Assembly (NCBI GenBank): GCA_965153355.1
Contig: OZ231126.1
Location: 22,568,001-22,632,000, forward strand
Reading direction: 5' to 3'
DNA length: 64,000 nucleotides
Source of the DNA: Flaccisagitta enflata
Taxonomy: Eukaryota
Shown: in pieces, positions 41,315 to 53,973 of the stretch
Numbering within the stretch: position 1 is the first letter of the stretch
How the letters are laid out: the number at the start of each line of letters is the position of its first letter
Program-made: the position numbers and the translations under genes
Notes under the pieces: generated by a model
Told to the model about the DNA's origin: nothing
Database searches by the model: none
The model's input: the letters and a program-made list of their open reading frames with translations, nothing else

Positions 41315-41527
41315 AATAAATGAATTAATAAGCAAAACGCGACACTAACTAACAACCAAACAGCTGAGGTCTTAGTTTCTCTTTTTCTCTCACTTAATCA
41401 CATGTTGATACTACGCGTAGTTCCACGCGCATTTTACTTTCCTGCAAACGAGGTATTATAATACATCGCATCTTACTGCTAGTCTTTGTACAAAACAAAT
41501 ATTTTTTGACAAAAAATCATGAATAAA
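41315..41527 (+). terminator. Candidate polyadenylation signals of the Hox gene
   Basis: AATAAA at 41315 and 41522 after an AU-rich ~1-kb 3' region; T-rich sequence follows. Confidence 0.35.
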
Positions 41528-42465
41528 TAAACAAATGCCCAATTAGCTCCTTTTTTTTCTAACGCGATCGCATCTCGGTAATTTTCCTTCCTGACCTTTT
41601 TTTTTCTGTCTTTTTTACTTCTGTGTTGTCATTGGATAATGAATAGTCATAACCTGAGGAAGAAAAACGCCGGTTTCTATATTTTCACAAGGACTGCCCC
41701 CCCCATCTTTTCCAGAAAGAAAACCTTGTGGTGTGTCATTAGTTATCTCTTATTTATCGATTTATTTTCAACTTGTGGAAAAAATGGACTTCATTGTTCT
41801 TTTATGCTGAAAAAGTCAATCATTTATTCGTATTGTCAATTTGACTGTCCGCCTGTCCATTAAATTGCTTCGAACCACACAATCAAGCTTTATTTCATCG
41901 TGTTTACGTATGATCATCGGGATAATACACAGTTTAATTGACTTCAATTTAGGTTTTTAAAAAGAGAGACTTAAGCATACATCTTTACTTTGTTTTTTAA
42001 ATCAGGCAACCTGCCAAAAACTAAATCTGGACATCTTTTCTTAGCACTTTTTATTTTTAAGAAATGTATTTAAATGGGAAGGAGGCAAAAAAAATTTTTA
42101 CAGAAAAAAAAAGGGAAAAAAAAACTTCCTTCCACACAGACAGACTCGAAGAATTTTTGTAGTTGAACTTTCTTTTCTTTTTTACCAATTGTTTTTCTTT
42201 CTTTTTTCTTTGCCTCTCATTATTTTTTTTTTCACTTTTAAGAATCTTGGTCACATTTCTCTATTGCTTTCTGCTTCACTCCCTTTCTCTTTCTTTTATG
42301 TCTTTTACTATCTTTTTACCCTTATCCTTTTCCATCTTCTTTCTTTTTCTCTTTCTTTGTCTCCTTCTTTTTCTCTTTCTCTTTCTCTTTCTCTCCGCCT
42401 TTTCATCGTCTTTGTTCTCAAGGTCATCGATTTTTAAAACAAATCCTCACCGTATTCTATCATGT

Positions 42466-42876
42466 TTATAGCCGCGTACAAGCGACTCTACACCTTGCCG
42501 TGTGGGTCGGTCGGTATGTCGGTCCGTCACATTTTTAGTTGTGGACACGCAACTCTATACGAGGCTTTGTCCGTCCGTCGGTTGGTCCGTCAGTCTGTTG
42601 GTCCGTCGGTTCGTTAGTCCGTCGGTCCGTCGGTCCGTGAGCACGAGTGGAAAAGTGGAAAAACAAGCGTTTTGAAGCTTTTTGTGTGTGTGTCTGTGTT
42701 GGAAAGGGTGTTGGGTGGGGTGTTAGGTGTTGGGTGTGGATGGGGGTTGGCTGCCCGTGCCCACCCGTCCGCGACGATATTTTGACCCCGCGTCACTTGT
42801 TGAATACCGAGCAGTTTTCGGATTACTGCTCCTGCCCAACCGTCCGCGACTGGATTGCCATGTATCCGGCCTTGTT
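42466..42876 (+). mobile_element. Nested HINE-like copies (two subfamilies)
   Basis: An outer head at ~42466, a complete inner copy at ~42532-42801, and the outer tail ending GCCATGTATCCGGCCTTGTT. Confidence 0.7.
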
Positions 42877-42972
42877 TTTAATTCTTTGACAAAATCGAGT
42901 ATATACGTATGTTTCTGTATGCTAGTCGGTTTGTGACTGTTTTAGCGCCTCTGGAACTGCACATGCTAATCA

Positions 42973-43084
<112 letters not shown>

Positions 43085-43086
43085 AT

Positions 43087-43223
<137 letters not shown>

Positions 43224-43602
43224 GCCCGTATGTAACTTGTCGATATCGAGGTCCCCATTTCAGTATTTGTAGAGCATGCATACCGTATCAGTGTTTACGG
43301 TGGCTGTCTGTCGGTCTTGTCACTGCGGACGACGGCAACATCTAGATGCCGTTATTTATGGACGTTTCCTTGTTGCGGCATGAGGAGGTCCCCTTTCATC
43401 TCATTTTCGCTATATCATAGAATCGGGCTTTAGCCTGTCGATCTGTTTAAATGTCTCCTATCCCTACTCAAACTATCTCTGCCTGTTTGCTTCTGTGACT
43501 GTTCGACTGACTGACTGACTGTTCGACTGTTCGACTGACTGACTGACTGACTGTTTTTGTGTTTAAATGACTTGACGATTGACTGCATCAGTAGAATAAA
43601 CT

Positions 43603-43716
<114 letters not shown>

Positions 43717-44390
43717 GGAATCTTGTATCTGGTACGTGTAGTTACTTCGTTGGTGAACTTTAAGTCATTCTTTGATGTCTCGTTTCCTCTTGAATAGGAT
43801 CAAGCTGACGTTCTTGTAGCTCTACAGCCGTTTTGACTTTTCTCTCTCCATTTTATTATCTTTACATCGGAGCTTCTTTTTTCTGTACTTTCTTCTCCAT
43901 CCCATTTAAATATCTTTTTTTAAAGTCCTTCTCCCGTCTTCCTTTGCCTGGTTTATTCCTATCTTCAGATGAAATTTTTTACTTTCATCTTTTTTCTTAT
44001 CATGGATGGTGACCGCAGATGTTTCAGGGAGCATCCTCAAATTACTATCCAACGGGTGATATTTCGTATTCATTTGTTAAGTTACGAACTTTCCAATGTA
44101 GTAGGCTCGGGAGGTGCGCTCTAGCAAAAAGTGTATCTTGAGTTTATCTTGTTATCTATCGGTGATGGTTTTTTTCCAAAAAGTTTTGAAATTCCAAGAT
44201 AGATATCTAGAGGATAGAAACTTGCTTGAGTGTTGTACCTTATGTCCTTGTTTCATCTTTCTCAACGTTATACTGAAATTTTTTTCATCCCTTCCGTCCA
44301 ATGTTTATTACTTTTTTCCACGCCTACGTGTCTTCTTATTTTCATTCGTTTATTTTCTTCTTGTTCTTTTACACTTTCTCTGTTTTTCTT

Positions 44391-46425
44391 TTTAGTCGCG
44401 TGCATGCGACTCTATAACCCGCTCTGTCGGTCCGTCGGTCGGTCCGTAACACTTAGCTTTTTTTTGTCTTTTTACGTCATTTTAGGGTATTTTACGTCAT
44501 TTTAAGTCATTTTATGTCATTTAAAGTCATTTTAAGTCATTTTCAGTTAATTTTAGTCACTTAAGTCATTTTGTCATTTTTGTCATTTTATGTCATTATG
44601 AGTCATTTTAAGTCATTCTTAGTCATTCTAAATTATTTTAAGTCATTCTAAGTCATTACAAGTCATTCTAAGTCATTCTCAGTCACTCTAAGTTATTTTT
44701 GGCTTTTACAGTTTTTAGTAACACTTTGCTTTTTTGCGTTGTTTTTGATATATTTGGGTCGTCTGGAGTTATTTTGAGTCATTATTTTGTTGTTTTTGGT
44801 CATTTTTGGTTGCTTTTGTTCATTTCTGGTTGCTTTGCACGCGACTCTATAACCCGCTCTGTCGGTCCGTCGGTTGGTCCGTAACACTTAGCTTTTTTTT
44901 GTCTTTTTATGTCATTTTAGGGTATTTTACGTCATTTTAAGTCATTTTATGTCATTTTAAGTCATTTTAAGTCATTTTCAGTTAATTTTAGTCACTTAAG
45001 TTGTTTTGTCATTTTTGTCATTTTATGTTATTATGAGTCATTTTAAGTCATTCTTAGTCATTCTAAATTATTTTAAGTCATTCTAAGTCATTATAAGTCA
45101 TTACAAGTCATTCTAAGTCATTCTCAGTCACTCTAAGTTATTTTTGGCTTTTATAGTTTTTAGTAACACTTTGCTTTTTTGCGTTGTTTTTGATATATTT
45201 GGGTCGTCTGGAGTTATTTTGAGTCATTATTTTGTTGTTTTTGGTCATTTTTGGTTGCTTTTGGTCATTTCTGGTTGCTTTTAGTCATTTTGGATCATTT
45301 TTGATCATTTACGTCACTTTGCTAATTTAAGTCATTTTTTTCTGGTCATCTAGGTTTTTTGGTATGTTTTGGTCATTTTTGTTTTTCGGTATGTTTTGGT
45401 CATATGTGGCATTTCAAGTCTGCTGGTTTAAGTCTGCTGGTTTAAGTCTGCTGGTTTAAGTCTGCTGGTTTAAGTCCACTGGTTCAAGTCTGCTTGTTTA
45501 AGTCTGCTGGTTTAGGTTGGCTGGTTTAGGTCAGCTGGTTTAGGTCAGTTGGTTTAAGATGCTGATTTAGGTCTGTTGGTTTAGGTCTGCAGGTTAAGTC
45601 TGCTGATTTAAGTCTGCTGGTTTAAATCTGCTGATTTAAGGCTGCTGGTTTAATTCTGCTGGTTTAAGTCGGCTGGTTTAAGTCTGCTGGTTTAAGTCTG
45701 CTGGTTTAAGTCTGCTGGTTCAAGTCTGCTGGTTTAAGTCTGCTGGTTTAGGTCTGCTGGTTTAAGTCTGCTGGTTTAAGTCTGCTGGTTTAGGTCAGCT
45801 GGTTTAAGTCTGCTGGTTTAAGTCTGCTGGTTTAAGTCTGCTGGTGAAAGTCTGCTGGTTTAAGTTTGCTGGTTTAAGTCTGCTGGTTTAAGTCTGCTGG
45901 TTTAAGTCTGCTGGTTTGAGTCTGGTTTAATTCTGATTTAAGTCTGGTTTAAGTCTGGTTTAATTCTGATTTAAGTCTGGTTTAAGTCTGGTTTATGTCT
46001 GGTTTAGGTCTTGTTTAAGTCTGATTTAAGTCGGGTTTATGTATGGTTTAGTCTGGTTTAAGTATGGTTTCAGTCTGGTTTGAGTCTGGTTTAAGTCTGG
46101 CGTGAGTCTGGTTTAAGTCTGGTTTAAGTCTGGTTTAAGTCTGGTTTAAGTCTGGTTTATGTCTGGTTCATGTCTGGTTAAGGACTGGGTTAGGTCTGGT
46201 TTGGGTCTGGTTTAGGTCTGGTTTTGGTCTGGTTTTGGTCTGGTTTTGGTCTGGTTTTGGTCAGGTTTAGGTCTGGTTTAATTCTGGTTTGAGTCTGGTT
46301 TGAGTCTGGTTTGGGTCTGGTTTGGGTCTGGTTTAAGTCTGATTTTCGATAAAAAGATACAATAAGGAGTCAGGTCAGTTCAGTTATTTTTGTCCTGCAC
46401 GCGACTTATAGGTGTTGGCCTTGTT
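44391..46425 (+). mobile_element. Expanded HINE-like copy carrying an internal duplication and three tandem arrays
   Basis: Family head and GCACGCGACTTATAGGTGTTGGCCTTGTT tail. ~435-bp duplicated block. Arrays of AAGTCATTTT (10 bp), TGCTGGTTTAAGTC (14 bp) and TCTGGTTTAAG (11 bp). Confidence 0.8.
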
Positions 46426-47002
46426 CTTTTCCTAAACCCTCTTCTCTTCTTTATCTTTATCTTGTTTTTGTTCTTGTTCTTGTTCTTGTTCTTGTTCTTG
46501 TTCTTTTTATGGTTCTGGTTCTGGTTCTTGTTCTTGTTCATGTTCTAGCTTTTGCTTTTGTTTTTGTTTTTGTTTTTGTTTTTGTTTTTGTTTTTGTTTT
46601 TGTTTTTGTTTTTGTTTTTGTTTTTGTTTTTGTTTTTGTTTTTGTTTTTCTTTTCTTCATCTTTTTTTTTTCTTCTTTTTCTTTTTCTTTTTCTTTTTCT
46701 TTTTCTTCTTCTTCTTCTTCCATAGCCTGTTATTTCTTCATTCCTCTCCATTTTCCTGTTTTCTTATTTGCCACCCTATCAAGTCCTCACTTCTTTTACG
46801 ACCTTCTTCCTCTTATTCTCCCCGTGGCCCGCACTTTCCTCCTTTGGGTCCACTTCTTCCTCCTCTCTCTCCTCCACCACGTCAATCCTCCATTTCCTCT
46901 TCCTCTTCCTCTTCTCCGTCCTCCTTCTTTTCTTTCCTCGCCCTTTCATGATTCCGCCAGTTTTGTTCCAGCAGTGATGTGACAATTCAGTCTCTCGAAA
47001 GA

Positions 47003-47077
<75 letters not shown>

Positions 47078-47191
47078 GAAGGATCACAAAGGAAGAGGAA
47101 TATTTCGAGTCAAGCGACCAAAGAGAGGAGGTCAATGTCTACAATCAGGTTTCCTTCCTTTCATCTTTCCGGTCTAGACTCTTCCGCAATT

Positions 47192-47457
47192 TGGCCGTGT
47201 TTCTAGTGAAGATGACAAACGCGTTTGTTCTCATTGAACGCGTTTACAGCGTGAACACATATTTAAGAATTTCAACTGCCCCTAGAGGGAGTGAGCAAAG
47301 TGAGTGAGCGAGCCCATGAACCGAGCGAGCGAACAAAGTGAGCGCAGTGAAGCAGAACGCTGCTGAGCGAGTAAGCGGAGTGAGTGGTGCGAGCGAACGA
47401 ATGTAGCGAGCGAGTGGCCCGTTCAAAACGCGATTGTCTATGACTAGAAACGCCCCC
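47192..47457. mobile_element. Possible small MITE with GAGC/GAGT-rich interior
   Basis: Short inverted ends GTTTCTAGT / ACTAGAAAC, with AAACGCG motifs near both ends. Confidence 0.4.
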
Positions 47458-47690
47458 TTTGACTGGCACGATCCAAAGTCCAAACTCCATAAGACTTTAT
47501 ACAGCGACAGACCGACTTATTGTCCGACGAACTGACCATACATCTTGCCGACTGGCCAACAGACAAGCAGACTCGCAAAGACTGACCGAGATGAGATGAC
47601 AAATAGGACCGACTCAACTGACAGAAGGGGAATTCAATGTTCCGCCTTTAATCTGATGTATTTATCGGTTCATGGAATCGTCTGTCGAGT

Positions 47691-47845
47691 TGATCACGTG
47701 ACTTGGCTGGAACTGTCACATGATCGAGTAGAAGCCGTCACGTGATCTGGTAGAAGCCGTCACGTGATCTGGTAGAAGGCGTCACGTGTTTAAACTATCG
47801 TGGTAAATCGGCGCGCGTGAATTTGCTCACCGACGTCACGTGGAT
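47691..47845. promoter_or_regulatory. 22-bp-period E-box (CACGTG) array
   Basis: CACGTG at 47695, 47739, 47761, 47783 and 47837; CACATG at 47717. Confidence 0.4.
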
Positions 47846-48906
47846 CGATAATAAAATTCATGTGATTTTATATCATTTTATTACATAATATCGCGTGTCT
47901 GAAGCAATGGTTTTGGGTGTACTTTTTTCATATGAACTAATGAAATTTGTGATTCGTAAACCGTATCGCTGATGGCAATTTATTTTAATTTTTTCATAAC
48001 ATAATCATATGAAAGTATGTTGTTTTTTGAAGGAGAACTAGGTTATAAAAGAAATGAGGCCGATATGTAGTCGCTGGCGGGTGGGCACGGGCAGTAATCA
48101 GTAATGAGGGTGGGCAGGGGTAGTTTGAGGCAAGAAGAAATGACGAATAAGAAGAGGAAGAAGTGGAAGAAGAGGAGGAAAGTCACTGAAGTCAGTATTT
48201 AAATCCTCATTTGCATATTGCAGTATCAAGAAGATTGCTCCATTGTAACGTCATTTTTTTTTCAAATTCAGTCAGTTTGAGTTGGAACAACCATATCTTC
48301 CAACTAGATTTTGCTTTAACGTGAAAAAAAGAAAAAACTTATGAGCGTTTAAAAAACATCAACATCGTCTTATATTTCATTTGGCCTACCGCTAATCAGA
48401 TTTATGTTAATGAATAATAATCTGAATAAAACCCGTCACCATGGAGATCATTCATTTTTGCAACTTCAGCGGCCGCGTCAAGATTAGGCCGCTGACTCGG
48501 GTCGTCGTGGAGCCCAGGTGCCGAATGATATCTTGGCCCTACGATACTGATCCCAATCGTATCACATGTTGTGGTGGTGGCTAAGAGAATGGTTGCGTTA
48601 GTTTGAGCCACCTAACTCTTTTGAAAAAGACAAAGCTGGATACACGGCTACCTTACGACAAAAAGGAACTTTGTGACCAACCAGCGAAAAAGTGGCTTTC
48701 AGAGTCGCGTGTGTAGATCTGAAAACCATGCATTGGAATTGTCACACAAGTTTGTCTTCTTGATTTAAAGACACCACTTCACAATGTCCAATGAAAATGA
48801 TATAAGCAAATGAGATAGCCTCGACCTAATTTCAAGTGGGCAGCGTTTAGGGAGAAATTTTTGCTCCTCGGCGGAAAGTACGAATCGGAAGGCCTGCATC
48901 ATCTTT

Positions 48907-49260
48907 TATTCATTCATTCATTCATTCATTTATTCATTCAGTCATTCATTCATTCATTCATTCATTCATTCATGCATTCATTCATTCATTCATTCATTCA
49001 TTCATTCATTCATTCATTCATTCATTCATTCATTCATTCATTCATTCATTCATTCATTCATTCATTCATTCATTCATTCATTCATTCATTCATTCATTCA
49101 TTCTTTCAATCTTTCATTCTTTCATTTTTCCATTCTTTCATTCTTTCATTCTTTCATTCTTTCATTCTTTCATTCTTTCATTCTTTCATTCTTTCATTCT
49201 TTCATTCTTTCATTCTTTCATTCTTTCATTATTCATTCTTTCATTCTTTCATTCATCCAT
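48907..49260 (+). repeat. (ATTC)n / (ATTCTTTC)n microsatellite
   Basis: Directly visible. A complementary (GAAT)n tract lies at ~62760-62965. Confidence 0.95.
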
Positions 49261-50257
49261 TTATTTGCTTGTTTCGTCATGTGATTATTACATGAGGTTC
49301 ACGTGACTGTCTTGTCGTGATCACGAGACAGTCGAGACGAAGATTGATTCCGCTGCCATGATTTTGTATGATTTCACTTTTTGACTTAAGAGGACTTAGG
49401 ATTGACATGGGACATAGGAGCAGGGCTACAGAAAGTGGCCGAGCGCGCGAGCGGGGCTCGTAGGAAGCAAGCTGGGCCAGTAGGAAGGAAGAAAAAAGTT
49501 ACAGAAGAAAAACAAGTAAAAGAAAGATTTTAGAGGAAAAAATAAAGGAAGCAAGCAAAATTATGTGTCTGTATTAGACACCTATTTTTCCAAATTCTTT
49601 CTATTCATATGTGTGTGTGTGCCTTTGTCTTTGTCTCTGCCTCTCTCTGTCTCTCTCTCTTTGGAACCCGTCCTAATTTGCTTATAGAAAAATTAGGCAT
49701 TAAGTGGAAAAAATTAGGTTGAAAAATAATGCAATAATTATTTCATCAAGTATTAAAAAATTGAAAAAAATTGAAAAGACATTTCTTAAAAGAAGTACTA
49801 TGCCAGTACAATATATTATTTGTATTAATGAATAACAAGGCTACCGAAGATGCGTGCGGGTGGGCAGGGGCCATATTTGAGGTCAATAGACCATTTAGGC
49901 GGTAGCAGTGGAGTCAAAAACGTAAAATCATTAAAAGAAGTAGAATGTGACTGACCAACAAACCGATGGACAAAGCGGGTTGTAAGTCACATGCACTCGA
50001 CTAAAATTAACGATCAATATGATATAAAAAGTACAGCTTCAATAGGAAGGTAGACAGGGGCAAATTGCGCTCGTAGGAAGCAAAGAATTTTCTGCAGCCC
50101 TGCATAGGAGGGCCAAAAATTGTGATTTTACGCTCTTTGTGTGACCTGATATATTATGATTCAGTTTTCTATTCTTTTCTATCACCTTTTTGGATTTGTC
50201 TGCCTGTCTGTTTCTGTGTATTTCTATGTCTCTCTCTGTTTGTCTGTCTGTCTGTCT

Positions 50258-50363
<106 letters not shown>

Positions 50364-50783
50364 TTCTTGACAGTAATTTTCAATCTCACTTTCCAGCCCA
50401 GTTTCATTAGTTTTGTTGAGGGGTGGTGGTGGTGGTGATAACTTTCCAACCAGTCACCACCACGTCTTATATTCGGATTTCGACAATTTAACGCCTCACT
50501 TAAAGTCATTTGAGATTAAACATTAACTAGCATCATTGTATGAAAAAAAAACAACTAAAACTCAAGTTTATTTTAACTGTTCAAGAAATTTCTTTCCTTT
50601 ATCTTTTTTAACGAGGTCGACTTGATTATCAATTCATTTTCTGTAATGAAATGGAAATGAAGTTTTTCTTCAGAATAATTGAATTCTTCGACAATTTTTT
50701 TTCCTTTTCGAATGAAAGATTGCTTTTCTCTCTCTTTGCTCTCTCTGTCTCTCTCTGTCTCTTTCTAAGTCTTTTTCTCAGTC

Positions 50784-50846
<63 letters not shown>

Positions 50847-50887
50847 GTCTGTCTGTCTGTTTGTCTGTCTGTGTCTGTGTGTCTGTC

Positions 50888-51000
<113 letters not shown>

Positions 51001-51682
51001 CTGTCTCGACATTTTCCGATGATTTATAAATTTATTTGAAAATAAGAGGCTTAGAATTTCATTCTTCATCGTTTATATTTTTTCTTTTTTAAGTAGACAA
51101 AATCTTCATAACTTTTACTGCTTCTTATTCAATTACAAGAATTCATGTCTCCATAAGATCGAAGGAGCGAACGAGCGAAAAACAAAGCTGGTTAGAATAG
51201 AACATTAGCATTTAAACAAGGAGAGGGAAAAAAAAGTATAGTATTGCTTCAGGGTGATCTTCTATAATCGCCTGCTACACGACTTTACATCCCACTTTGT
51301 CGGGCTGCCCGTCCGTCAATCGGTCTGTCGGTCTGTCGGTCACATTTTACTTCTTTTATGTTTTTAGATTTTTGTCCTCACTGTTCCTGCCCAAATGCTC
51401 AAATACGGCCCCTCAAATACGACCCCTGCCCAGCCGCACGCAATTGGGGTAGCCGTGTATTCGGCCTTGTTTTACTTTCTTGTCACAAAAGTGTTTATGA
51501 ATAGACAATACACTTCATCTAGTCTGTAATACTTGGCCATTTTGATCTAACCATCCCAGCAAACAAAGAGTGGGATCTAAAGATTCATAACGACTTCAGA
51601 AACATGAAAATTTTCCTGATATTACAATCATTATTTGGAATAGCAAACTTTGTCTAACATTTTTAATGCAAGAAGTAGAAAA

Positions 51683-52856
51683 AACAAGGCCAACACCTTT
51701 AAGTCGCGTGCAGGACGAAAATAACTGAACTGACCTGACTCCTTATTGTATCTTTTTATCAAAAATCAGATTCAAACAAGACCCAAACCAGACCCAAACC
51801 AGACTCAAACCAGACTCAAACCAGACTCAAACCAGACTCAAACCAGACTTAAACCAGACTCAAACCAGACTCAAACCAGACTCAAACCAGACTCAAACCA
51901 GACTCAAACCAGACTCAATGCAGACTCAAACCAGATTTAAACCAGATTTAAACAAGTAAAATTAAACCAGACCTATAAGAGACCGAAAGACTAAACCAGA
52001 CCTAAACAGACATAAACCAGACATCAAACAGACATAAACCAGGCATAAGCAGTCATGAACAGGAGCATAAACCAGACATATGCCAGACTCCAAACCGAGC
52101 TTAGCAAGAGACTTAAAGCGGAGCTTTGCCAGACTTAAGCCAGGCTTAAACCAGACTTAAAACCAGACTTAAAACCATGACTAAACCAGACTTAAACCAG
52201 ACTTAACCAGACTTTAGCCAAGACTTAAGCCCAGGAAGCTTAGGCATTTAATTACTAAGGATGACTTACCAGACCCAAACCCGACTCAAACCCGACTCAA
52301 ACCAGACTCAAACCAGACTCAAACCAGACTCAATCCAGGCTCAAACCGACTCCAAACAGACTCAAACCAGACTCAAACCCAGACTCAGAAGCCAGACTTA
52401 AACCAGACATAAACCAGACATAAACCAGACATAAAACAGACATCAACCAGACATAAACCAGACATATACCCGACTTAAACCAGACTTGAACCAGACTTAA
52501 GCCAGACTTAAGCCAGACTTAAGCCAGATTTAAAACCAGACTTTAAGCCAGACTTAAACCAGACTTAAACCAGACTTTATCCAGACTTTAACAAGACTTA
52601 AACCAGACTTAAAATGATTTAAAATTAATAAGAATGACTTAAAATGAATTGAGATGACTTGAAATAACTTAAAATGGTGTAAAATGACAAAAACTTCAAG
52701 AGTTAAAAAATGACTTAGAATGACTTAGAATGACATAGAATGACTTATAATGACTTTGAATGACTTAAAATGACCTAAAATGACTTGAAAAGACATAAAA
52801 CAACAAAAACTTCAAAAGTCAAAAAATGACTTAGAATGACTTAGAATGACTTAGAC
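51683..52856 (-). mobile_element. HINE-like copy with 11-bp and 10-bp arrays; inverted relative of 44391-46425
   Basis: Starts with the reverse complement of the 46340-46425 tail, then (AAACCAGACTY)n and (AATGACTTAR)n arrays. Confidence 0.75.
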
Positions 52857-53157
52857 ATATATGACGCCAGCCCAGTGGCACCCGTTATAAGGTGCCGCGC
52901 AGCGGAAGTTTTAACGGCCCCTCTCTTATAACCTGCTCAAGTTTTCCTGCTATCTGCTCAAGAGACCAACAACGTTATATTTCAGTTAATTATTCCCGCT
53001 ATTAGCTACTGTTGATGCACCCACTTTAATACTTGAATAAGGAATAATTGATGGCCATAGCTCTCTTCCTCCCTTCTATTGTCTTCTTTTCTTTTCCACT
53101 CCATCTCTCATCTTAGCAAGCCCATAGCAACAGGAGGAAGAAGTCTTCTCTCCAAAC

Positions 53158-53244
<87 letters not shown>

Positions 53245-53383
53245 CATAAGAACATCTGTGGCTAATGAGTAAAAATGCAAGAAGCTCGCTGGCTGGCGTG
53301 ACAGTATCTGCAGTTATGATGAAGTCACATGTTGAATATATTCTACGGAGTACAAACACACACTCACATGCATGCATGCAATA

Positions 53384-53448
<65 letters not shown>

Positions 53449-53621
53449 ACATGACGCTATAGAGGAAAAGAGAAAGAACTAAAACATTCAAATTCGTGCT
53501 TCAGTGAAATGGGAAAAAAGAGTTTTTAAATCGGCTGATGTCGTGCTAGTGCTAAAATAGCAATGAAAGGCACTCATTTTTGACCAAGAAATTCTCAATT
53601 TCACCTTCCACTGTGCCTGTT

Positions 53622-53729
<108 letters not shown>

Positions 53730-53758
53730 ATTTCATTTCTGGTTGAACTACAAACAAC

Positions 53759-53973
53759 GTTTTTAGTCGCGTGCTACGCGACTCTACACCCGCTTTTTTG
53801 GTCTGTCTGTTGGTCCATCTGTCTCTCCATCTGTCAGTCCATCCGTTCGTCCGTCACACTTTACTTCTTTTTAGTTTTTTTGGTCTTTGGCCTAACTGCT
53901 CCTGGCCAAATGATCAAGTGACCTCAAATATGGCCCATGTCCACCCTGGGCGACTGGGGTATCCAGCCTTGTT
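53759..53973 (+). mobile_element. HINE-like copy
   Basis: TTTTAGTCGCGTGCTACGCGACTCTACACCC head, GCCTTGTT tail. Confidence 0.7.

Noticed and set aside
45415-46340. Regular short repeats resembling a CRISPR array
   Set aside because: Head-to-tail tandem units with no unique spacers, no cas genes and a eukaryotic context.
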